Source: an archaeon
Lineage (GTDB): Archaea > Iainarchaeota > Iainarchaeia > Iainarchaeales > Iainarchaeaceae
Direction of reading: 5' to 3'
NCBI GenBank assembly: GCA_035289485.1
Contig: DATDXA010000011.1
Location: forward strand, 1 to 13,812
DNA: 13,812 bases
Position 1 is the first letter of the stretch. Each line of letters opens with the position of its first letter. Below, one piece after another: positions 1 to 11,980 of this stretch. Below the pieces are notes generated by a model. The model saw nothing but the letters and a program-made list of their open reading frames with translations, did not search any database and had not been told where the DNA came from. A program made the position numbers and the translations under genes.

Positions 1-2
1 CA

Positions 3-302
3 CAGTCAAAAACCGGCGGAGGATGGAAACAAATAATCCCCGTGACAGGCCAAGGAATACCGGCATTATTCCAGGGTCAAGACGAAGTGACAATAACTCC
101 GCAATCCCTAAATTCCTCAACCTTTGAAACGGGTGTGTATACATTTATAGTCAATGGGACGCCCAAATGCGCCAAAACAGGAAGCGCGGCAGGAACAAGC
201 ATAAACATCACCCAGCAAAAAACCGCGGCGCCGGATTTGCCGGTGATATTCGCGGCACTGATAGCGCTTGTTGTGATTGGGATAATAGCGAGAAAGAAAT
301 AG
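3..302 (+). CDS. C-terminal fragment of a cell-surface protein with a C-terminal membrane anchor (5' end outside window)
   Basis: The frame is open from position 3 (QSKTGGGWKQIIPVTGQG...). A Thr/Ser/Asn-rich beta-like segment is followed by AAPDLP + hydrophobic helix (VIFAALIALVVIGIIA) + RKK-stop, the tripartite layout of archaeosortase-type sorting signals. Confidence 0.75.
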   Translation, partial: QSKTGGGWKQIIPVTGQGIPALFQGQDEVTITPQSLNSSTFETGVYTFIVNGTPKCAKTGSAAGTSINITQQKTAAPDLPVIFAALIALVVIGIIARKK

Positions 303-332
303 CTGCAAATCGAAAAAGCACTGGCTAATGGT

Positions 333-1397
333 TTAAGTGAACGTATTTATCTGCGCAAGAAGCTTCTTTGCCTTCGCATTCTTTTCAAAGTGCTTGCGCA
401 CGGGCTCAAGGAGTTCATTCACGTGCTTAGCGGTGGCGCTCTTGAGGTCCATCGGATGGAGTTTTCCGGAAGTGTATGCGCCCTCAAGCTCAGCGTATGA
501 GGAGAATGAAACATTGCCGCCAAATTTCGCAGGGCGCTCAATTTCCACTTTCTTGAATTTTTCAAAAATAATGTATTTGCAGTACTCGAGCACGGGGTTA
601 TCTTCCACCGCTTTTTCAGGGCAATATGCCTTGGAGATTTTGCGCGAAACCTCTTCGGAAGAATCGGTCATGAAAATCGCAGAATCAGGGCGCGACTTGG
701 ACATCTTCATTGCGATTTTGCGGTCGATTCCTTCCGCGCTTGTTTGCATCTGCGAAAGGCCCATTAGCATGTGGTGGTGCACGGCAACCGGCTTTTTCCA
801 CCTGAACTTATCCGCCATCTCGCGCGCGAAAACATTTACCTTGCGCTGGTCCAGCCCAAGCTGCGCAATGTCGACATCAAGTTCGAATATGTCCGCCGCC
901 TGCATGCAGGGGTAGAAAATCTGCGAGGCGTGAAGAGTGTCAGATTCCGAGCGACCCATTATCTGCGAGCAGCGAATCACGCGCTGCAGGGTTGAATTCG
1001 TTGCTATGTTCATGACGCGCGACCAGTATTCCTTTTTGCCCATAAATTCGGACGCCCAGATGAATTCTACCTTGCCAAGATCCATCCCTGCGGCTTTCCA
1101 CACCTCGACCATATACTCCCCCGCGGCCTGTATCTTTTCCATATCGCCGCCGAATTTGCTGTTTGCCCATGCGTGCCAGTCCGCAACCCAGAGCCTGAAT
1201 TTGCACCCTGCTTTTGTCATCTTGTTTACATTAATCGAGCGCAAAATCCCCTGCGCGATGTGAATTTTTCCGGATGGCTCGAATCCATCGTATGCAATAG
1301 GCGCCTTTTTGGTTTCAAGCAGCGTGCGCAAGTCGGCTTCGGTTATTATTTCCTCGCCGACCTCGCGGATTAGTGAAAGGCGCGATTCTATGTCCAT
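333..1397 (-). CDS. tyrS: Tyrosine--tRNA ligase, archaeal/eukaryotic type
   Basis: Motifs YDGFEPSGKIHIAQG (HIGH equivalent), YPCMQAADIF, QLGLDQRKVN, KMSKS and LHPMDLK; 354 aa. Confidence 0.98.
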   Translation of the reverse strand: MDIESRLSLIREVGEEIITEADLRTLLETKKAPIAYDGFEPSGKIHIAQGILRSINVNKMTKAGCKFRLWVADWHAWANSKFGGDMEKIQAAGEYMVEVWKAAGMDLGKVEFIWASEFMGKKEYWSRVMNIATNSTLQRVIRCSQIMGRSESDTLHASQIFYPCMQAADIFELDVDIAQLGLDQRKVNVFAREMADKFRWKKPVAVHHHMLMGLSQMQTSAEGIDRKIAMKMSKSRPDSAIFMTDSSEEVSRKISKAYCPEKAVEDNPVLEYCKYIIFEKFKKVEIERPAKFGGNVSFSSYAELEGAYTSGKLHPMDLKSATAKHVNELLEPVRKHFEKNAKAKKLLAQINTFT

Positions 1398-1425
1398 GCA
1401 ATCAAGGAAAAATAGGCTGAAAAAG

Positions 1426-1434
1426 CTTTTAAAC
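1426..1434. promoter_or_regulatory. Shared bidirectional TATA box for tyrS and the divergent ORF 1456
   Basis: CTTTTAAAC contains the self-complementary TTTAAA (1428-1433). It sits about 22 nt before ATG 1456 (+) and about 29 nt before ATG 1397 (-) in a 58-nt divergent gap. Confidence 0.6.
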
Positions 1435-1455
1435 GCAAGGAGGCAATATCAATAA

Positions 1456-2196
1456 ATGGCTCAAATGCACATGCCAAGGCCCAGGGGCAAAAAGAAAAGG
1501 GCGGAACCTAATCCGGGAACATTGCTTGGGCGGGTTTTTGCCGCCGCAAAAGGCAGGCAGGAAGTTTCGGCAGAGACATTGCGAAGTGAATTTGAACCCT
1601 TAGACATTAGTGGCCCCATTTCAGTACTACGAAAAGAATTTGGCATGAAAATCGACAGCACATTGCTACGAAGGAGAGGAAAACCTGCAGCTACCGGGGA
1701 GATACAAACCCTTTATGTCGAGCCGTTTGCAAACCATGCAAAATTGCGCCCAGATAGGACTTATGGATGGGCATATTCAGATGTTTACAGGGGAAACATA
1801 ATCCCGGATTTTTTCCGTTCAATAGAAGATGAACGCAGGATTACAGCAAGGCCTGGTGCGTTCCTGGAAAAATACAAGAGAATGCATGGAGAAAGTATAT
1901 TTGACCCTAAAATACCCCAAATCATGCAATTAAGCGCTACAGAGTTGAAAGAGCAATTATTGGAGATGATTGAACAGGTAAACACTCCACAAAAAAGGGA
2001 ACAATTAGAGCGGGAAGGTGCTGGAAAGAAAAATGGCAGGCTGCAAAAAGCAATGATGAATGCAAAGCAGGTTTTGGCAGGGCTTGACTGGCTCGAGCAC
2101 AGGCACAGCATTAAAGTGCCTGTTGAAAGGGAATTGCTCAAGTGGATTTATGTCCATTCGCAGAACAGGGCAAAACACAGCAATCCAAAACCTTAA
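1456..2196 (+). CDS. Hypothetical basic protein, possible N-terminal winged helix-turn-helix
   Basis: 246-aa ORF fills the gap and has an upstream TATA box. The segment VFAAAKGRQEVSAETLRSEFEPLDISGPISVLRKEFGMKIDS...QTLY has a wHTH-like helix-helix-strand pattern by eye. The start could be 1456, 1465 or 1471. Confidence 0.75.
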   Translation: MAQMHMPRPRGKKKRAEPNPGTLLGRVFAAAKGRQEVSAETLRSEFEPLDISGPISVLRKEFGMKIDSTLLRRRGKPAATGEIQTLYVEPFANHAKLRPDRTYGWAYSDVYRGNIIPDFFRSIEDERRITARPGAFLEKYKRMHGESIFDPKIPQIMQLSATELKEQLLEMIEQVNTPQKREQLEREGAGKKNGRLQKAMMNAKQVLAGLDWLEHRHSIKVPVERELLKWIYVHSQNRAKHSNPKP

Positions 2197-2231
2197 CCCA
2201 ATTAAACCTTTTGAATCATTGATTTGTTCTT

Positions 2232-2660
2232 ATGAAACCAAAAACCATTCTCGCATTCGGAACATTTGATTTGCTCCACCCAGGGCACATTAGCTACCTA
2301 ACGCAGGCAAAGGCGCTTGGGGAGAGGCTTGTTGTAATTATAGCAACCGATTCGAATGTTTTCAGGGTGAAGGGGATTAAGCCAGTAAACGGGCAGCAGG
2401 CGCGCCGCGAACTTGTTGCCGCGCTCGGGCTTGTAGATGATGCCGTTGTCGGTTTTGAAGATGACATGATGAAAAGCGTTGAGAAGGCAAAACCTGATAT
2501 TGTGGCACTTGGTTATGACCAGCGCCCTGATGAGGACGCTTTAAGGGAGAGCTTTTCTGCGCGCGGGATTAAGGCGAAAATCGTGCGCCTCAAGCCCCAC
2601 AAGCCGGAGATGTTCAAGAGCTCGAAGATAAGGCAGCGGATTGAAAGCCTGAAAAAGTGA
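2232..2660 (+). CDS. ribL: FAD synthase (RibL-type) / cytidylyltransferase-like nucleotidyltransferase
   Basis: FGTFDLLHPGH (HxGH motif), LVVIIATD, KPDIVALGYDQ and C-terminal KSSKI; 142 aa, typical of archaeal RibL. AATTAAAC lies about 25 nt upstream. Confidence 0.85.
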   Translation: MKPKTILAFGTFDLLHPGHISYLTQAKALGERLVVIIATDSNVFRVKGIKPVNGQQARRELVAALGLVDDAVVGFEDDMMKSVEKAKPDIVALGYDQRPDEDALRESFSARGIKAKIVRLKPHKPEMFKSSKIRQRIESLKK

Positions 2661-2666
2661 TAAAGC

Positions 2667-2834
2667 ATGCCAAGAAGAAACCGCAGGAAACAAATTAGGA
2701 ACATCGCGCCAAATGTATCTGGGGGTGTGAGAATAGTGCCACATGCTACGCCTAAACAAAAAACCCGAAAAGTAAATGAAGCGTTGCATGCACTTAGGCA
2801 AAGTGCCCGAAGATTTGATGAAACTGGAAGATAA
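2667..2834 (+). CDS. Small basic hypothetical protein, 55 aa (absent from the ORF track)
   Basis: ATG 6 nt after the ribL stop. Translation: MPRRNRRKQIRNIAPNVSGGVRIVPHATPKQKTRKVNEALHALRQSARRFDETGR*. It occupies most of the ribL-to-C25 gap. Confidence 0.6.
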   Translation: MPRRNRRKQIRNIAPNVSGGVRIVPHATPKQKTRKVNEALHALRQSARRFDETGR

Positions 2835-2949
2835 CAAGCAGTCAAGTTGCCACGCACTCCCATCCTAAAAATTTTATTGCGGAAAAATAAGCCTCGTTAA
2901 TGTGCGGCGCTTCCACCAAACACTTAAAAAGGAAAAAGCGCTAATCCAA

Positions 2950-7523
<4,574 letters not shown>

Positions 7524-7567
7524 ATTTGGTGAAAGTCGCAAGATCTACTTCAAGGCATGCAGTACAC

Positions 7568-7964
7568 ATGCCAAATATTGCAGGATTAAGGTCACATCCA
7601 CCTGAGGCGAAGAGAAAAATTGTTCCTGTGCAGTTCCGCTTACTAGGTTTCTTCCTGCAATGCATTCAGGCTTTCCTCAGGCACCCGCATTCCAATTCTA
7701 CTATGGTAAGGGGCCAAATGGAAAAAGCAGAAGCGCGTATGCTAGGCGTGTTCTGGATGTGACAAGAGGCCCGATACAAAGAATCGCAGATCTCGAAATT
7801 CTTACCAGCAAATTCATGCGTCTTGAAAGCCGAAGATTCATATCTGAGTTTAAAGGTTTCTGACAAATGCAATAGGCAGTGAAAAGAACAGCCAACTGAG
7901 GCAAAAATTGCTTGGTACAAGGGCGAAAATAAATCTAAGGATAAAGGCCTTGCCAAGAAAGTGA
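7568..7964 (+). pseudogene. Possible frameshift-disrupted orphan gene (three overlapping + frames)
   Basis: ATG 7568 (MPNIAGLRSHPPEAKRKIVPVQFR...) overlaps a frame open 7606-7863 (...LTRFLPAMHSGFPQAPAFQFYYGKG...FISEFKGF). That frame overlaps one open 7854-7964 (FLTNAIGSEKNSQLRQKLLGTRAKINLRIKALPRK*). No homology recognised. Confidence 0.3.
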
Positions 7965-8033
7965 GAAAAAACACTTTCAAAAAACCACCCCCACAATGTA
8001 TATATACCCAAAAACCCTTCTATCAGCGTTAAT

Positions 8034-8654
8034 ATGGGCGCAATTAAGATACCGCTTTTCAAGCACAAGACAATAGTGCTGTTTGCAGCAATTGCAATAG
8101 CGCTCTCCATTGCAACCGCGGCGCTTCTTGATGTGGCGCCATGGATTACCGCAAAAATCCAGAGCGTTGCTGTGATTATGCTATGCCTTGCATTCGTTCT
8201 CAAGGTCACATTGCCAGAGGAGAAAAAAAGGATGGAAGAGGATGCGGAATTGAGTTTTCTCTCAAGCCAGAGCAAATTCCAAGATATTGTAGAGGAAGCG
8301 CCTGACCCTATTGTTACACTCGATAATAAGGGATTTTTCACATATATGAACAAGGCGGCGGAAAAGGTTTCGGGCTATAGCAGAAAGGAGCTATTGGGAA
8401 AGCACTTTGCGGATTTGGGAATAGTGGCGCAGGATTCGATGCCTCTTGCCATGAAGGAATTTGCAAAATCCATTTCAGGCTTTCCCGCAGGAGCGCCATA
8501 TCACCTTGACCTTTTAAGAAAGAACGGGAGCGAATTCACTGCGGAAGTAAATTACCAGCCTATTGTAAAAAAGGGCAAGGTGGAAGGAATAGAACTCGTT
8601 TTTAGGTACTTTGGGGAGAAAAGAAAGGGCAAGGCGCAGAAGAAGGAGAAGTAA
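8034..8654 (+). CDS. Membrane protein with two TM helices and a single PAS domain, no output domain
   Basis: Two hydrophobic stretches, then the PAS S-box pattern FQDIVEEAPDPIVTLDNKGFFTYMNKAAEKVSGYSRKELLGK ... RKNGSEFTAEVN ... GKVEGIELVFR. TATATATA at 7999-8006. Confidence 0.9.
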   Translation: MGAIKIPLFKHKTIVLFAAIAIALSIATAALLDVAPWITAKIQSVAVIMLCLAFVLKVTLPEEKKRMEEDAELSFLSSQSKFQDIVEEAPDPIVTLDNKGFFTYMNKAAEKVSGYSRKELLGKHFADLGIVAQDSMPLAMKEFAKSISGFPAGAPYHLDLLRKNGSEFTAEVNYQPIVKKGKVEGIELVFRYFGEKRKGKAQKKEK

Positions 8655-8710
8655 CCCCAAAATAATCCCAATGAAACCCCGATTTTTAAGCTTTACACAC
8701 TTATTTTTCT

Positions 8711-10342
8711 TTGGGGTTTTGCTTGGAGAATTTTACATCTGAAGAGCGCAAGGTGCTAACGCCATTTTGCTCTAACATGGATGGCGACATATTCGTTCTC
8801 ACAAATCTTCCAGAAGTCGTTAAGGGCGCGCTTTTTTCCCGCTACAGCAGGAGCCCAAAAAGCCTTCGAAGGCTGCTGCTTGATGAGTTCATCAATGACA
8901 AGAGCACAGGCTTTAGCGAAATCGTCGCGCACGCAGAAGGCATGGGCGAGAACCAGATAGTTGCAACTCAGAAGGCGGAGGAATTCTATGACAGGGTGCT
9001 TGTCGGGTACGGGGATGACAGCGTAGCCGAGCTTGGGGGCGCGCACATCGCGTGCGAGAATGTGAGCAACATAGCCTCGAAACTGCTCGAGGATTCGCGC
9101 CTCGGGATTTCGCCGCTTGAAAAGAGCACAAGGTACATTTATTTTGATGAGAAAATTGAAGGAAGGTACAGGTATTACATCGACACGGAAATCATGTCTT
9201 CAAAACATGCGGATCTTTACACCCAAACCTGCGATTCGCTTTTTGATTCTTACGCAAAATTCATAGAGCCAACTAAAAAGTACATAATGGAAAAGTTTCC
9301 GCGCGGGGAAGAAACAGAGCGCGCATACAACTCAACCGTGCGCGCAAAGGCATGCGATATTTTGCGCGGATTTTTGCCGGCCTCAACGCTTACAAATGTG
9401 GGAATGTTCGGGAACGGAAGAAGCTTTGAGTACCTCATAACAAAACTTTATTCGGGCGAACTCTCAGAGCAAAAGCAAATCGCATCTGAAATGCACACCG
9501 AGTTCATGAAAATAATACCCTCATTTGTGAAGCGCGCAACGGGAAAATACGGCGACCCGACAATTAAGTTCATGGCGGAAACGAAGGAGGGCATGCAGCG
9601 GCTCGCGGATGAAATTTTTGCAGATGAAAAAGCTGGAATGAAAGAGGAAGTTGTGCTAATGGCATATGATAAGGACGCGATTGAGAGGGTTGCCGCATCT
9701 GCCCTGTACCCTTTTGCGGAAGTTTCTTTTTCTGATGTGAAGGCGCGCATCGCTGCGATGCCTGAAAAGGAAAAGACCGGAATAATTAGCGAGTATGTGA
9801 AAAGGCGCGAGAACAGAAGGCACAAGCCCATGCGCGGATTTGAGCACACTTATTACGAATTCGACCTTGTGTGCAATTACGCATCTTATAGGGATTTGCA
9901 CAGGCACCGCGTGCTCACGCAGCAGAGGCAGGACCTTGGCGTGAAGCTTGGCTATGATATCCCGCCTGAGATGAAGGAAATCGGAATTGAAAAGGAATTC
10001 ATTGAGGAAATGGAGGGCGCAAAGGATGCGCATGAAAAAATACATGCCGATTTCAGAAGGCAGAGCCAGTATGTTGTGCCGTTCGCTTACAGGATAAGGT
10101 GGAGCAACTATGTGAATCTGCGCGAACTTTATCACCTTGTAGAATTGCGCTCAACAATACAGGGGCACCCCGATTACAGAAGAATTGTTCTCAAAATGCT
10201 TAATGAAGTGAAAGCGGTGCACCCCTCGCTTGTTGAGCACATGAAATTTGCGGATTACCGCGAGTTCAAGGGGCTTGAGAGGTTAGAGTCCGAAAAGAAA
10301 ATCGATTCCAAAATGGAGGAAGTGAAAAAGAAGTATGGCTAA
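8711..10342 (+). CDS. thyX: FAD-dependent thymidylate synthase, tandem two-domain type
   Basis: 543 aa with LFSRYSRS, GYGDDSVAEL, SPLEKSTRY, DILRGFLP, NGRSF in the first half and RGFEH, RDLHRHR, QYVVP, NLREL..LVELRS in the second half. Start is TTG 8711 or TTG 8723; TTTTTAAG at 8683-8690. Confidence 0.93.
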   Translation: MGFCLENFTSEERKVLTPFCSNMDGDIFVLTNLPEVVKGALFSRYSRSPKSLRRLLLDEFINDKSTGFSEIVAHAEGMGENQIVATQKAEEFYDRVLVGYGDDSVAELGGAHIACENVSNIASKLLEDSRLGISPLEKSTRYIYFDEKIEGRYRYYIDTEIMSSKHADLYTQTCDSLFDSYAKFIEPTKKYIMEKFPRGEETERAYNSTVRAKACDILRGFLPASTLTNVGMFGNGRSFEYLITKLYSGELSEQKQIASEMHTEFMKIIPSFVKRATGKYGDPTIKFMAETKEGMQRLADEIFADEKAGMKEEVVLMAYDKDAIERVAASALYPFAEVSFSDVKARIAAMPEKEKTGIISEYVKRRENRRHKPMRGFEHTYYEFDLVCNYASYRDLHRHRVLTQQRQDLGVKLGYDIPPEMKEIGIEKEFIEEMEGAKDAHEKIHADFRRQSQYVVPFAYRIRWSNYVNLRELYHLVELRSTIQGHPDYRRIVLKMLNEVKAVHPSLVEHMKFADYREFKGLERLESEKKIDSKMEEVKKKYG

Positions 10343-10979
10343 ATCACCTGCGCAGCACATAACTTTCACTTCGGAAGATGGTTTCATTATTCATGGGAAC
10401 CTTTTGCGCGCAGGAAAGAAAGCGGTTCTTCTAATGCATCAATTCCAGCTTGACAAATCAAGTTACAGCAGCTTTGCGCAAAAGCTAAGTGATGCGGGAT
10501 TCACCGCTCTCGCTATTGATTTGCGCGGGCACGGGGAGAGCGTTTTGCAAAACGGCAAAAGAAGGGATTTCAGGACATTTTCAGACAAGGATTTTCAGGA
10601 CATGCTCCTTGATGCGAAAGCCGCGAAGGAATTGCTGCAAAAGGAAGGTTTCGAATTGTATGCCGCTGTGGGTTCAAGCATCGGCGCGAACACCGCACTT
10701 ATGCAAGCATCACAGGACAGGGAAATTCAAAAAATAGTTCTGCTCTCGCCCGGCATGGATTATTTTGGAATTGAAATCACAGGCGCCGCAAAAGCGGTGC
10801 GCGCAAAAACGCTCATTGTTGCAAGTGAGGAGGATTCTTATTCATACACGACTTCAGAAGCGCTTGAGGGCATGATTCCGAATTCTGAACTCAGGGCGCT
10901 GCACAATGCGGGGCATGGAACGGGAATGTTTGACGGGACAAATCTGCAGGATGAGCTTGTGAAGTGGCTTTTGGGGTGA
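10335..10979 (+). CDS. Alpha/beta-fold hydrolase
   Basis: VLLMH, AIDLRGHGES, nucleophile elbow GSSIG, ASEED (acid), AGHG (His). The start overlaps the thyX stop by 8 nt, suggesting translational coupling. Confidence 0.92.
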   Translation: MAKSPAQHITFTSEDGFIIHGNLLRAGKKAVLLMHQFQLDKSSYSSFAQKLSDAGFTALAIDLRGHGESVLQNGKRRDFRTFSDKDFQDMLLDAKAAKELLQKEGFELYAAVGSSIGANTALMQASQDREIQKIVLLSPGMDYFGIEITGAAKAVRAKTLIVASEEDSYSYTTSEALEGMIPNSELRALHNAGHGTGMFDGTNLQDELVKWLLG

Positions 10980-11015
10980 AAAATACGGACAATTGTAAAA
11001 AAATGGGGGATTTGG

Positions 11016-11660
11016 ATGACATGGATAATAAGAGAAAACAAAAATTTTGAATTCCCAACTATGGATTTGATAGAAAATTACAACAAAAAATTCGATGAAG
11101 ATGAAAAAGCCAACGCCCAAGACATGGCTATAAAAAAATTAATAGAAGAACACAAAGAAAACAACGAACTGCATATAATTCTTCTAAAAGTGGCTGCAAT
11201 CAACTCACTTTACAGTACAAACATTTACAATACTTTTAAAATGGCAGAACACATTCTGAAATTGAATATTGACCAGAAGTTAAAAAACCCAAGTACCAAA
11301 ATAGTACAAGAAATTGCAAATCTAGAATTTCCAGATAAAACAGGGAAAGAAATCAAAAAAAATATGTATTCATTCGCCACTAAATACTGCAACTGGCATG
11401 AAAACGACTTATACCCAATATATGACAGCTTTGTGGAAAGATTGCTGAAAGAATACCGAAAAGAATCAATAAATAAAAAGCCAGAACTTAATTTTTCAAA
11501 GCATAAATGGAAAAATAAGGACTTAAAAAACTACGATAAATTTCGAGAAATAATTAAAAAATTTAAGGAAAGCTTCAAAATAACAGATGAAGTTAACTAT
11601 AAAAAATTAGACAAGTTCTTGTGGTATTATCACAAAGACATATTTGAAGAAAAAAGATAG
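11016..11660 (+). CDS. Hypothetical protein, putative HhH-GPD-like DNA glycosylase family, AT-rich
   Basis: 214 aa with LLKVAAINSLYSTNI, YSFATKYCNWH...YPIYDSFV and LDKFLW, a pattern I associate with divergent HhH-GPD glycosylases. GGGGGA SD-like sequence upstream. G+C is 15/60 in 11041-11100 versus 35/60 in guaB 6901-6960. Confidence 0.7.
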   Translation: MTWIIRENKNFEFPTMDLIENYNKKFDEDEKANAQDMAIKKLIEEHKENNELHIILLKVAAINSLYSTNIYNTFKMAEHILKLNIDQKLKNPSTKIVQEIANLEFPDKTGKEIKKNMYSFATKYCNWHENDLYPIYDSFVERLLKEYRKESINKKPELNFSKHKWKNKDLKNYDKFREIIKKFKESFKITDEVNYKKLDKFLWYYHKDIFEEKR

Positions 11661-11801
11661 TAGTGTAGACAGAAAATTCCGAGTATCATGACCGAGAGGT
11701 ATCTATAAAAAACCAGTGCAGTTCCGCACCGGCACCGAGCCCCCTGCTCCCAAAGATTATTGTATCACATCGCGCAAAGCTTTTTCGAGGTGATTTAGTT
11801 G

Positions 11802-11897
11802 ATGAGAAATTTTGAAAGAGGGAAAAATAAGAAAGATACGGGGCATTATGAGGAGAGGATGCTCGCGCTTCTAGAGGAGTACGGGGAATCGCGTTAA
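11802..11897 (+). CDS. Putative 31-aa peptide (absent from the ORF track)
   Basis: MRNFERGKNKKDTGHYEERMLALLEEYGESR*, preceded by a strong archaeal Shine-Dalgarno GAGGTGAT (11787-11794) and TATAAAAA at 11704-11711. Confidence 0.45.
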   Translation: MRNFERGKNKKDTGHYEERMLALLEEYGESR

Positions 11898-11931
11898 AAT
11901 ATGGGCATCTTTAGATGCCCTTAAATCGCGA
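11889..11931. repeat. Bulged inverted repeat with a perfect 8-bp core
   Basis: TCGCG-TTAA-aatat-GGGCATCT-tt-AGATGCCC-TTAA-at-CGCGA; core at 11903-11920. Confidence 0.85.
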
Positions 11932-11980
11932 CATCAGAAATAATAATAAGTTCTGCCCAGATAATGAATAGGTATTCTAT

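Noticed and set aside
337..1373. Plus-strand ORFs of 192, 74, 108 and 66 aa
   Set aside because: Antisense shadows of tyrS with no recognisable motifs. The same applies to the minus-strand ORFs inside the C25 gene, guaB, thyX and the PAS gene, and the plus-strand ORFs inside VIT1.
2902..2949. GTG start of the 1035-aa ORF
   Set aside because: The extension contains the likely TATA box; TTG 2950 puts the TM helix near the N-terminus.
7666..7980. 104-aa minus-strand ORF
   Set aside because: Phe/Ser/Cys/Leu-rich composition typical of an antisense frame of purine-rich DNA; no motif.
11731..11749. GGCACCGAG resembles the 3' hairpin start of the S. pyogenes tracrRNA
   Set aside because: Only 9 nt match, the complementary arm is absent, and there is no cas9 or array; chance.
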